Shown here: positions 8,900-17,657 of the stretch, one piece after another
Layout: each line of letters opens with the position of its first letter
How positions within the stretch are numbered: the first letter of the stretch is position 1
Assembly: GCF_000007985.2 (NCBI RefSeq)
Contig: NC_002939.5
Location: 2,550,001 to 2,582,000 of the forward strand
DNA: 32,000 nucleotides
Source of the DNA: Geobacter sulfurreducens PCA
GTDB taxonomy: Bacteria; Desulfobacterota; Desulfuromonadia; Geobacterales; Geobacteraceae
Direction: 5' to 3'
The notes under the pieces: model-generated
The model's input: only the letters and a program-made list of their open reading frames with translations
What the model was told of the DNA's origin: nothing
The model's database searches: none
Position numbers and translations under genes: made by a program

Positions 8900-10410
8900 G
8901 GCTTCACCCCCAGTACCGCTGCGATGTAGAGGTCCGGATTGAGCAGCTGGTCGGCGGCGGTCAGGGAAAGCCGGAAGAGGGGCTCGGCCCCCACCCCCAT
9001 GGCCACCGTGGCCAGGGCCAGGACCAGGGCCGGCACTCCCAGCAGCAGCCGCGCCCCGCCCGGAATGTGGGGGTGGTACTGAGCGTGGGCCTCCCCCTCT
9101 CGCACGGGGTGGTCCTTCCAGAAGGCCTCTGCCCAGATTTTGGTCATGGAGAAGAGGGTCAGGATGCTCACCGCCAGGGCCGCTGCCACCACCACGTACC
9201 GCCCCTCCCCAAGGCCCGCCCGCACCAGGGCCAGCTTGGCCCAGAAGCCGGACAGGGGCGGAATCCCCGCCAGTGCCAGGGCCGGCACGAGAAAGAGCCC
9301 CGCCACCAGCGGACGCCCCTCGTAGAGCCCGCCCAACTCGGCCAGTTCCGTGGTGCCGGTCAGCCGCTTCACGATGCCTGCCACCAGAAAGAGGGCCGAC
9401 TTGGCGGCAATGACGTGGACCATGAAGAATATCGTCCCGGCCAGGGCCAGGGGCGTCAGGAGCCCGAGCCCCATGACCAGGTAGCCGATCTGGCTCACGA
9501 TGTGAAACGAGAGCAGGCGTCTCATCTCGTGCTGGGCCACGGCTCCCAGGACCCCGGTCACCATGGTGAGCCCCGCAGCCGCCAGGATCAGGGTTCGGCC
9601 CGCCTCGGCCTCCTGGACGAAAATGAGGGTAAATATCCGCACCAGCACATAGACCCCCACCTTGGTCAGCAGTGCCGAAAAAATTGTGGTCACCGCCACG
9701 GGAGGGGTGTGGTAGGAGGCGGGAAGCCAGAAAAAGAGCGGAAACACCGCCGATTTGATCCCGAAGGCGGCAAAGAGGAGCGCAGCGATGACCGGCACGG
9801 TGCCGCCGTGGGGAACCGCCCGCAACTGACGGGCCAGATCCGCCATGTTCAGGGTTCCTGCCACGCCATAGAGGATACCGATCCCGGCCAGGAAAAAAGC
9901 CGAGGCGATCAGGTTCAGGGCCACATACTTAATTGCCCCCTCCATCTGCTGCCGACGGCCGCCAAGGGCCAGGAGCACGAACGAGGCGATCAGCATCACC
10001 TCGAACCAGACGTAGAGGTTGAACAGGTCCCCGGTCAGGAGCGACCCGCAGACCCCCAGCAGCAGCACCTGCATGAGGGGATGGTATCCCAGGGACTCGT
10101 GATCGATGTCGGCGCTCGCCAGGGAATAGACCGCCACTGCCAGCCCCATGGCGCCGACCACCACCACCATGACGGCGCTGAAGAGGTCGGCTACCAGGGT
10201 GATGCCGAAGGGGGCGGGCCAGTTCCCCGCCTGGACGCTGACCACCCCCTGACGTTGCACAACCGTGAGGAGCGCCACCCCCGCCCCCAGGAGCGCCGTC
10301 GTGCCGCAGACGCCCAACAGCCGTTGGAGCTCCCGCCGGTTCCAGGCGAAAAGCCCCGCCACAGCCGTGGCCAGCGGGATGATGAGGGGGAGGAAGAGAA
10401 GAAGTTTCAT
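8896..10410 (-). CDS. mrpD: Na+/H+ antiporter Mrp/Mnh subunit D (NuoM/N-like antiporter subunit)
   Basis: A ~500-aa polytopic protein with complex-I antiporter-like blocks: [37 protein letters not shown] and AKSALFL. The ATG at 10410 (MKLLLF) shares one base with the mrpC TGA. The track's TTG is one codon upstream. Confidence 0.9.
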   Translation of the reverse strand: MKLLLFLPLIIPLATAVAGLFAWNRRELQRLLGVCGTTALLGAGVALLTVVQRQGVVSVQAGNWPAPFGITLVADLFSAVMVVVVGAMGLAVAVYSLASADIDHESLGYHPLMQVLLLGVCGSLLTGDLFNLYVWFEVMLIASFVLLALGGRRQQMEGAIKYVALNLIASAFFLAGIGILYGVAGTLNMADLARQLRAVPHGGTVPVIAALLFAAFGIKSAVFPLFFWLPASYHTPPVAVTTIFSALLTKVGVYVLVRIFTLIFVQEAEAGRTLILAAAGLTMVTGVLGAVAQHEMRRLLSFHIVSQIGYLVMGLGLLTPLALAGTIFFMVHVIAAKSALFLVAGIVKRLTGTTELAELGGLYEGRPLVAGLFLVPALALAGIPPLSGFWAKLALVRAGLGEGRYVVVAAALAVSILTLFSMTKIWAEAFWKDHPVREGEAHAQYHPHIPGGARLLLGVPALVLALATVAMGVGAEPLFRLSLTAADQLLNPDLYIAAVLGVKP

Positions 10411-10772
10411 CAATTGCTCCGGTACTCGGTATCGGTCGTGGTCATCTCGTCCAGATCGTCGGTGCCCACGGTCTGGTAGACCCGCTTGATCAGGACCAGG
10501 GCAAAGGCCTGCACCCCGAAGCCGATGACGATGGCGGTCAGGATCAGGGCCTGGGGCAGCGGGTCGGCCACCGGCGGAATCGGCTCGGTGCCGCCGGCCG
10601 GCACGTAGGGAGGCCGCCCGCGGGTGAGGCGTCCCACGGTGAAGATGAGAAGATTGGCCGCATTCCCCAGGAGGGCCAGGCCGAAGATCATCTTGACGAT
10701 GCTCCGCCGCACCATGAGGTAGAGCCCCGTCGCGTACAGCCCGCCGATGACGATTGCCAGAACGCTTTCCAC
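10410..10772 (-). CDS. mrpC: Na+/H+ antiporter Mrp/Mnh subunit C (NuoK-like)
   Basis: 120 aa with three TM helices. Blocks [14 protein letters not shown] and [15 protein letters not shown] are typical of MnhC/NuoK. The GTG start directly abuts the mrpB stop. Confidence 0.88.
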   Translation of the reverse strand: MESVLAIVIGGLYATGLYLMVRRSIVKMIFGLALLGNAANLLIFTVGRLTRGRPPYVPAGGTEPIPPVADPLPQALILTAIVIGFGVQAFALVLIKRVYQTVGTDDLDEMTTTDTEYRSN

Positions 10773-11180
10773 CTATTCCTCCATCAGGCTGAACACGATC
10801 ATGAGCGCCATCCCCGCCACCACCAGGTAGACTCCGATGTCGAACAGGATCGGCGTGCCCCCGTGACCGATGACCGGCACCGGCAGGATGCTCCAGATGC
10901 CCGAAAGAAAGGGAAGTCCCATGGCCAGGGGGAGGAGTCCGCTCACCAGGGCGGTCAGGAGCCCCACCGCCACCAGGTGCCGCGGCTCCACCCGGAGCAC
11001 CCGCCGGGCGCCGGCCACGCCGTGGGACAGGGAGTGGAGGACAAAGGCGGCCGCGGCCACCAGCCCCCCCACGAATCCTCCCCCCGGCTCATTGTGCCCG
11101 CGCAGGAGAAGAAAGAGCGAGAAGAGGAGCAGCAGCGGCAGGAGAAGCCGGACCGCTGTTGCCAGAAAGAGTGACTGCAT
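10773..11180 (-). CDS. mrpB: Na+/H+ antiporter Mrp/Mnh subunit B
   Basis: Carries the MnhB hallmark [15 protein letters not shown]. 135 aa with four hydrophobic helices. Confidence 0.9.
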   Translation of the reverse strand: MQSLFLATAVRLLLPLLLLFSLFLLLRGHNEPGGGFVGGLVAAAAFVLHSLSHGVAGARRVLRVEPRHLVAVGLLTALVSGLLPLAMGLPFLSGIWSILPVPVIGHGGTPILFDIGVYLVVAGMALMIVFSLMEE

Positions 11181-11183
11181 GGC

Positions 11184-13502
11184 CTAGCCCTCCTCCCTGT
11201 TCCGGGCCTTCATGAGGCCGTAGACCCCCAGGGCCGCAACGGCCAGGACTGTGATCTCCCCCAGGGTATCCAGTGCCCGGAAATCCACCAGGATCACGTT
11301 GACCACGTTGCGGCCATGCCCCGCCGGCAGGCTGTGCGCCAGAAAATAGGAGCTGATGTGGGGGACCAGGGTCTGGGATACCGCCAACAGGACCAGCACC
11401 GTCATGAAGCCGCCGATGGAGCAGGCCACCAGGATATCCCGCACCCTTCCCGCCGGCCGCGAGAGCAGCGAGAAGCGCGGCAGCCGGTAGAGGACCAGAA
11501 CGAACAGGACGATGGAGAGGGTCTCGATACAGAACTGGGTCATGGCCAGGTCCGGGGCGCCGAAAAGGATATAGACCAGGGCCACCCCGTACCCCACCGC
11601 GCCGAGCCCGGCCACCGCCGCCAGCCGAGAGGTGGTCGTCGCCGCCGTCAGTGCTCCTGCCATGATGACGCCGGCGGCGAACCATTCGTGGAGCCCGCCG
11701 TCCGGTCGGGGAAGCTGGCGCGGGAACTCCCCACTCCGGAAAATGGCCACGGCCATGAGGAACGCCGCGGTCCCCACCACCGTCATCAGGTAATAGCGGA
11801 GCCGGCCGTTCTGAAGCATGCGGGTCTGCCGTTCGGCCAGGGCGAGCATTCCCTTCAGGAGGAGCCCGTAGCCCCGTTCGGGGCCCCATCCCGCGCCGTC
11901 ACCGAGGGGAAGGCGACGAAGCACCGTTTCCCGGACAAGGGCGATGCCGACCCCGGTGGCCACCGTGGCCGCTCCAAGAAGGAGGACTGGAGTCACCCCA
12001 TGCCAGAGGGCCAGCTCCACCGGCACCGATGCCCCCCGCACCATGGCCACTGCCGGCTCCAGCAACCATCGTCCCGCCAGGCCCGGGAAGATGCCGATCA
12101 CAAAACCCAGCAGGGCCGGCACCAGGGGGGGGAACCAGAGGAGCGGCTCCACCCGGTGGTGGTGCAGATCCGGATCGGTCCCGCGCCCGAAAAAGGGGAG
12201 ATACCCCACCAGGACCGCAACCGCCACGGTCAAGGCATTGCCGATGAAGCCGGCAACAGTCACGAATCCTGCCGCCAGGGGTGCCTGGAGCTTGGCCTCG
12301 TAGAGGAGTTCCTTGGCGATGAACCCCACCAGCGGCGGCACCCCGGCCATGGAGAGGGCAGCGAGACCCGATCCGGCGGCGACCCAGGGCATGACCCGCG
12401 CCAATCCGCCGAGCCGCCCCAGGTCGCGGGTTCCGGCACCGTGATCCACAGCTCCGGCCGCCAGGAACAGGGCACTCTTGTAAAGGGCGTGGACCAGGAG
12501 AAAGACCATGGCGGCCGTTGCGGCGGCCGGCGTATGGAGCCCCAGCAGCAGCGTCAGAATCCCCAGGGCGCTCACCGTGGAATAGGCGAGAATCTGCTTC
12601 AGATCGCTCCGGAGCAGGGCCAGGGCCCCGCCCGCCACCATGGTAACCCCGCCGGCCAGGGTCACCGACCAGAACCAGGCATCGGTCCCGCCCAGGACCG
12701 GGGAGAGGCGTGCCAGGAGATAAATCCCCAATTTCACCATGGTGGCCGAATGGAGATAGGCGCTGACCGGCGTCGGGGCCTCCATGGCGCCCGGGAGCCA
12801 GAAGTGGAAGGGGAATTGGGCCGACTTGGTAAATGCCCCGGCCAGAACCAGGAAAAGGATCGGCAAATAGAGTGCATGGCCCCGCACCAGTTCGCCCCTC
12901 TGGAAGATCTCGGCCAGGTCCGTGCTTCCCGCCGCCTGCCCCAGCAGGATGAACCCGGCCAGAAGCGCCAGCCCGCCGGCGCCGGTCACCAGCAATGCCT
13001 GGAGCGCCGCCTTGCGCGCCGCCATCCGGCCGTGGTCGAAGCCGATCAGGAGGTAGGAGCAGAGACCGGTCAGCTCCCAGAAGACAAAAAGGGTAATCAG
13101 ATCGCCGGCCAGGACCGTGCTGATCATGGCGGCCATGAACGCGAGGATCAGGCCGTAGAAACGCCCCAGGTGGTGATGGCCGCGGAGGTACGAAGAGGCG
13201 TAGACCACCACGAGCACGCCGATGCCGCTGATGATCAGGACGAACAGGAGGCTCAGGCCGTCGAGGGAGAAGGAAAGGTCGACCCCCAGGGACGGAATCC
13301 ACTCGTAGGCGGCCCGGATCGTTCTGCCGGAGGCCACCGCCCCGACCTGTGCGCCGAAAAAGCTGAACAGCGACAGGGGCACCAGGGCGCACAGCCACCC
13401 GGCCCACCGCGGGAGCCAACGGTGGAGCAGAGGAGCGGCCAGGGCGGCTCCAAATCCTGATAACGCGGCAATAATCATAGATAAACCCGTCGGCAGCGAC
13501 AC
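11184..13502 (-). CDS. mrpA: Na+/H+ antiporter Mrp/Mnh subunit A (NuoL-like, with C-terminal MnhB-like domain)
   Basis: 772 aa. NuoL-type blocks include [17 protein letters not shown] and [34 protein letters not shown]. The C-terminal block [21 protein letters not shown] is typical of MrpA. The start is GTG at 13502, with GGAG 9 nt upstream. An alternative ATG lies at 13478. Confidence 0.9.
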   Translation of the reverse strand: MSLPTGLSMIIAALSGFGAALAAPLLHRWLPRWAGWLCALVPLSLFSFFGAQVGAVASGRTIRAAYEWIPSLGVDLSFSLDGLSLLFVLIISGIGVLVVVYASSYLRGHHHLGRFYGLILAFMAAMISTVLAGDLITLFVFWELTGLCSYLLIGFDHGRMAARKAALQALLVTGAGGLALLAGFILLGQAAGSTDLAEIFQRGELVRGHALYLPILFLVLAGAFTKSAQFPFHFWLPGAMEAPTPVSAYLHSATMVKLGIYLLARLSPVLGGTDAWFWSVTLAGGVTMVAGGALALLRSDLKQILAYSTVSALGILTLLLGLHTPAAATAAMVFLLVHALYKSALFLAAGAVDHGAGTRDLGRLGGLARVMPWVAAGSGLAALSMAGVPPLVGFIAKELLYEAKLQAPLAAGFVTVAGFIGNALTVAVAVLVGYLPFFGRGTDPDLHHHRVEPLLWFPPLVPALLGFVIGIFPGLAGRWLLEPAVAMVRGASVPVELALWHGVTPVLLLGAATVATGVGIALVRETVLRRLPLGDGAGWGPERGYGLLLKGMLALAERQTRMLQNGRLRYYLMTVVGTAAFLMAVAIFRSGEFPRQLPRPDGGLHEWFAAGVIMAGALTAATTTSRLAAVAGLGAVGYGVALVYILFGAPDLAMTQFCIETLSIVLFVLVLYRLPRFSLLSRPAGRVRDILVACSIGGFMTVLVLLAVSQTLVPHISSYFLAHSLPAGHGRNVVNVILVDFRALDTLGEITVLAVAALGVYGLMKARNREEG

Positions 13503-13578
13503 GTGCGTTTACTCCATTCTAACGGTGGAGCCGGCGGCTGCAAGGAAACGACCGGATTATGACACCCGGCACGGATGA

Positions 13579-14328
13579 TCAAATGTCGATCACGATGGCG
13601 CTGCAATCGTCATCGGGCGGGTCGCCCGCCCCGAAGTCCCGCAGCGCGGCGGCAAGCTCATCCATGAACCGGGTGTAGCTTCCGCCCGTAGCGGTAAGAA
13701 ACGCGTCGAGCCTTTCGGCGCCGAAGGTCTCGGTTCCGTTGGACGCATCGAGGATGCCGTCCGTATAGAGGAGCAGGCGATCTCCCCGCTCCAGCCCGAA
13801 GCAGCCGGTCGCCACCTCTGCCTCGGCAAAAAAGCCGACCGGTGGCGACGTGGAGGCAAGGCGGTGAAGGCTGTTCCGCCTCAGGACCAGCGGCGGGACG
13901 TGACCGGCGTTCACGTACTCAAGGCGCAGGGAGGCCGGGTCGATGATCCCCAGGAAGAGAGTGGAGGAAAAATGATGATCCAATTCCGTGCCATGGTCGG
14001 CAAAACGGACGAGAAACCGGTTCAACTGCGATACCATGGTGAGGGGATCATCAACAGTTAACGCGCAGTGGTGCAGGAAACCGTAGACCAGCGACATGAC
14101 CACCGACGACTGGATGTCGTGGCCGGTCACGTCACCGATGAACACCACCTCCCGGCCGTCGGGCATGGAGATGAAGTCGAAATAGTCGCCGCCCAGGGCG
14201 GTCGCCATCCGGTTCATCACTCCGATGCATCCCCAGCTGCAGACCGGCGGAGTCTTCGGCAGGAGCAGCTGCTGGATGCGACTCGCCAGGGCCACTCCGT
14301 TCCCTGCCGCGTTGGCCGGTTCAGACAT
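13579..14328 (-). CDS. stand-alone PP2C/SpoIIE-family serine/threonine phosphatase
   Basis: SpoIIE-type blocks are present: IQQLLLP, GGDYFDF, FIGDVTGHD, VNAGHVPPL, LLLYTDGI and DDDCSAIVIDI. I trimmed the start to the ATG at 14328 (MSEPAN), which has a GGGAGGGG SD. No N-terminal sensory domain is present. Confidence 0.85.
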   Translation of the reverse strand: MSEPANAAGNGVALASRIQQLLLPKTPPVCSWGCIGVMNRMATALGGDYFDFISMPDGREVVFIGDVTGHDIQSSVVMSLVYGFLHHCALTVDDPLTMVSQLNRFLVRFADHGTELDHHFSSTLFLGIIDPASLRLEYVNAGHVPPLVLRRNSLHRLASTSPPVGFFAEAEVATGCFGLERGDRLLLYTDGILDASNGTETFGAERLDAFLTATGGSYTRFMDELAAALRDFGAGDPPDDDCSAIVIDI

Positions 14329-14385
14329 GCATCCCCTCCCTTTTCCGTTGCCGTGTGAGTCTCCCACGCGGACCGCCGCGGGCCG

Positions 14386-15969
14386 CTACCGTCGCACCAC
14401 CAAAACCGATGCGCCCGTGCCGGGCCGGACCGCAGCCGTCACATTGGCGGCCGGCACACCGAGTTCCTCCTGCAGGTAGCGCTTCAGTCGGTCGGCATGC
14501 CGCCGGCTGTCCTTCCCCCCGGCCTCAACCCTGAATGAAAAAGCTCCGGGGCCGCCGGGCAGGTTCTTGATCAATGCCATCGCCGCCACGCTCTCCTGGG
14601 AGAGGTCTCCCTTTTCGTCAAAAATGACCCGAGGAAGGAACGGCGCCAGTTCTACCCGGAGGGACACCGGCACCTGAAGCCTGCGTTCCAGGAGCCGGGC
14701 AAGCAGCAGCCGCTCGTCGTCAGTGAGGGGGTAGTCGCGGCGGAGAACCACGGACACCCGGGCCGGCCCCGGTTTTTCGCCAAAGCCCAGACCGATGTCC
14801 TCCACGGCAAAGGGTGACGTCAGCGCCTCCAGTTCGGTCCGCACGTCCCTCAGCAGGCGGGATGCGGATGCCTGAACCGCTGCCGCGCTCTCGTCCCTGG
14901 CAGACGCGGGCTGCCCCACCGGAGATACGGCCGACAGCTCGGCCCTCGGTTCGATGGAACCGGCCGTCACCACCACCTGTTCCAGGTTCAACTCGACGTT
15001 CCGCCCGAGGAATGAACCGATCTCCTTCTCGATCTCCTCCTCTGCCTTCTTCTCAAAGGGCCTGACCGTATTGACCGTCACGTTCACGCCAACCCGGCCA
15101 TCCTTCTCCTGAACCGAAAATCCGGTCACCCTGGAATGGGCTTCCTTCTCGAGATGCAGCTTCAGCACCCGTTCCACCCGTTTGGTGAGTTTAACCTTGC
15201 GCAGATCCGTCACCAGGGTGTGAACGAGCGGGATGGACAACAGCGCGAGCACGGTTCCGAGGATCAGAAGCCTCTTTCGGGCCGGGTACGTTTCCTCGGA
15301 GACCATGGAACTGCGGAAGTTGAAGAGGAAAAACACCAGATCGGCCGTCAGGACAATGGCCACGAAGTTGGTGAAAAACAGGAGAAACCCGCCCAGCCCC
15401 AGCATGGGATGCCCGCTGCCCAGGCCAAAGCCCACGACCGACAACGGGGGAATGACCGCGGTGGCCACGGCAACCCCGGTCGCAGTGATCATGTAATTCT
15501 TCTTGGTACAGAGGGCAATGGCCCCGGCGGTGCCGGCCAGAACCGCCACGAAAAGGTCGTAGACGTTTGGGCGGACCCGACTCAGGATCTCGGTCGTCGG
15601 TTCCTTGAGGGGGGACAGGAGCGTCACGAAGGCGGTCAGCGCAATGGTGAGCCCAACGCTCACCGCTATGACCCGGAGCCCCCGCCTGGCCAGGGCCAGG
15701 TCCCCGATGGTGAAGGCGAGGCCGAAGGAGAGGATCGGGCCCATGAGCGGAGAGATGAGCATGGCCCCGATGACCACGGCCACACTGTTGGTCAGCAGCC
15801 CGAGCAAGGCTATGAGGCTCGCCAGGAGCAGCAGGGACACGTAGCTGCCGGACAGCTCGGCCCCTGCCACGGCGTTCTTGATGATGGCCCGGTGGTCGAT
15901 CCCGGCAGTGCGCTCTGCAATATACTCGCGCAGGCGTTTTATCCTGTAGCGGATGTAGGCGTTCGGCAC
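14386..15969 (-). CDS. DUF389 family membrane protein with a long soluble C-terminal extension
   Basis: The hydrophobic core carries the DUF389/TIGR00271-type motif VIGAMLISPLMGPI. About 270 additional C-terminal residues are non-hydrophobic. I prefer the GTG at 15969 (VPNAYIRY), preceded by an AGGAG SD. The track's TTG at 16029 adds 20 aa. Confidence 0.75.
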   Translation of the reverse strand: MPNAYIRYRIKRLREYIAERTAGIDHRAIIKNAVAGAELSGSYVSLLLLASLIALLGLLTNSVAVVIGAMLISPLMGPILSFGLAFTIGDLALARRGLRVIAVSVGLTIALTAFVTLLSPLKEPTTEILSRVRPNVYDLFVAVLAGTAGAIALCTKKNYMITATGVAVATAVIPPLSVVGFGLGSGHPMLGLGGFLLFFTNFVAIVLTADLVFFLFNFRSSMVSEETYPARKRLLILGTVLALLSIPLVHTLVTDLRKVKLTKRVERVLKLHLEKEAHSRVTGFSVQEKDGRVGVNVTVNTVRPFEKKAEEEIEKEIGSFLGRNVELNLEQVVVTAGSIEPRAELSAVSPVGQPASARDESAAAVQASASRLLRDVRTELEALTSPFAVEDIGLGFGEKPGPARVSVVLRRDYPLTDDERLLLARLLERRLQVPVSLRVELAPFLPRVIFDEKGDLSQESVAAMALIKNLPGGPGAFSFRVEAGGKDSRRHADRLKRYLQEELGVPAANVTAAVRPGTGASVLVVRR

Positions 15970-16123
15970 GGTGCTCCTCTGCTGCCGTATCAGGCAGCGT
16001 GTTTCAGTATCCGTTAACAGTAACAGCAATTCCCCCTCACCACAACCGGCGGGCCGGAGTCCACCTCAGTTCGGATAGTTCCCCGGAATCACCGCATTCA
16101 GGAGCCGCACCCCCGCCACCCCT

Positions 16124-16152
16124 TTGCACTGCGGGCTGTTGCCTGTTATTCT
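16124..16152 (+). promoter_or_regulatory. candidate sigma70-type promoter for the DUF481 gene
   Basis: TTGCAC (16124-16129), a 17-nt spacer, then TATTCT (16147-16152). This is about 30 nt upstream of the ATG at 16183, and a GGAGGA SD lies at 16171-16176. Confidence 0.3.
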
Positions 16153-16182
16153 TTGTAGTCAAATCAACTGGAGGAATGCTGA

Positions 16183-17184
16183 ATGACCCGACACCTGACC
16201 TGCTCGCTCCTGCTGCTCGGCCTTGCCGCCGCGACGGCCAGGGGCGACGAGATCCGGCTGAAAAACGGAGATCGCCTGAACGGTGAGATAATCCGGATGG
16301 AGAAGGACCGCCTCACGGTGAAGCTCCCCTATGCCGACGACAAGGTGCGCATCGACTGGAAACAGGTGGACTGCATCTCCGCAGAGCGCGACCTCACGGT
16401 GGAGCTCTCCGACTATGAAGTCCTCGTCGGCCCCGTGACCTGCACCGATGGCGCCATCCGGATAAAAAGCTCCCGGGCCGGGACCACGGCCCCCATCTCC
16501 CTCAAGGAACTCCGCACCGTGAATCCGGCCACCTACCACGGCTTTTTGACCGCGGGCGGAAGCATTGCCACGGGCAACACGGATACCAAGGCCGCAACGC
16601 TCTCGACCCTGTTCCAGGTGCGGACGAAACGCCACCGGTTCACCGTGGAGGCCAAGTATGCCTATGGGGAGGCCGACTCGCGAACCACCGTCCGCAACTC
16701 CCTCGGCAGCCTCAAGTACGACTTTTTCACCACCGACAAGGTCTACACCTACGCCCAGACCCTGCTGGAAAAGGACTCCTTCGCCAACCTCAATCTGCGG
16801 AACACCGAGGGTCTCGGCGTCGGCTACCAGTTCTTCGACGACCGTACCCTCAACCTTTACGCGGAGGCCGGTATCTCCTACTTCAACGAAGATGTGATCG
16901 AAGGTGAAGACCGGCAGGATGGCTCGGGGCGCTGGGCGGCGGGTCTCGAATGGGAGGCCGTTCCCGACAGGCTCAAGATATTCCACCGCCAGGAGGGTTA
17001 CTACACCCCCTCGGTGTCGGGAGTCACGCTCAGGGCTGACCAGGGGGTACGAATTTCCCTCGTCAACGATATTGCGGCCAACCTGGAAGTGGATTATCGT
17101 TTCAACAGCAGACCGGAAGCGGGGAAACGCAACTCGGACCTCCTCTTTATCATGGGCCTCACCTATCAGTACGATTACTGGTAG
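16183..17184 (+). CDS. DUF481 family outer-membrane beta-barrel protein (YdiY-like, salt-induced OMP family)
   Basis: Has a signal peptide MTRHLTCSLLLLGLAAATARG. The alternating beta-strand pattern includes GNTDT, KYAYGE, YDFF and LEKDSFANL blocks and ends in the aromatic terminus YQYDYW typical of OM barrels. Confidence 0.8.
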   Translation: MTRHLTCSLLLLGLAAATARGDEIRLKNGDRLNGEIIRMEKDRLTVKLPYADDKVRIDWKQVDCISAERDLTVELSDYEVLVGPVTCTDGAIRIKSSRAGTTAPISLKELRTVNPATYHGFLTAGGSIATGNTDTKAATLSTLFQVRTKRHRFTVEAKYAYGEADSRTTVRNSLGSLKYDFFTTDKVYTYAQTLLEKDSFANLNLRNTEGLGVGYQFFDDRTLNLYAEAGISYFNEDVIEGEDRQDGSGRWAAGLEWEAVPDRLKIFHRQEGYYTPSVSGVTLRADQGVRISLVNDIAANLEVDYRFNSRPEAGKRNSDLLFIMGLTYQYDYW

Positions 17185-17234
17185 GAGCCGACCGAGGGAC
17201 GCTTCACCCCTCCCGCCACCACCAAGGAGGCGCC

Positions 17235-17531
17235 ATGAAATCCGCTCTGGTTCTCGCCATTGCGCTGGCTGCGCTGATGGTCACCTTTTCGCTCCAGAAC
17301 TCCCAAACCGTCCAGGTTCGCTTTCTCGGCTGGTATTTCGAGGGTGCCCTTGTCATCGTTCTCCTCATGAGTTTCGCCATCGGCGTCCTCACCATGTACC
17401 TGGCCTCGCTCCCGGCACGCTTTGCCCACAGGCGGCAACTGGCGGAATACCGACATCAGCTGGACACATGCAACCGCTCACTCGACCGGCTCCGGTCCGA
17501 GGCTGCGGACGAGAAGCCTCCTCAGGCGTAG
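17235..17531 (+). CDS. LapA-domain (DUF1049) small inner-membrane protein
   Basis: 98 aa with two TM helices. The motif LQNSQTVQVRFLGW is typical of LapA/DUF1049, followed by a charged coiled C-terminal tail. An AAGGAGG SD lies upstream. Confidence 0.75.
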   Translation: MKSALVLAIALAALMVTFSLQNSQTVQVRFLGWYFEGALVIVLLMSFAIGVLTMYLASLPARFAHRRQLAEYRHQLDTCNRSLDRLRSEAADEKPPQA

Positions 17532-17657
17532 GATTCCTCCACGCCCGTCCCATGGAGGAACGCCATGATCTGTGTACGGTGGGCCGATCGGCGTTTCAGG
17601 GTGCCGGGAACGGCTCCCGCAGTGGCGTGGCTCCAGCCGGAGTAAAACGGGGTAACC

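Noticed and set aside
17532-17657. Possible K+-related or c-di-AMP (ydaO-type) riboswitch in the 126-nt leader of kup.
   Set aside because: The region is too short, and I could not find the conserved ydaO blocks (GGGGACCCA and CCCGAACCCG-type elements). Only a weak 6-bp hairpin (CCTCCA-N11-TGGAGG) is visible.
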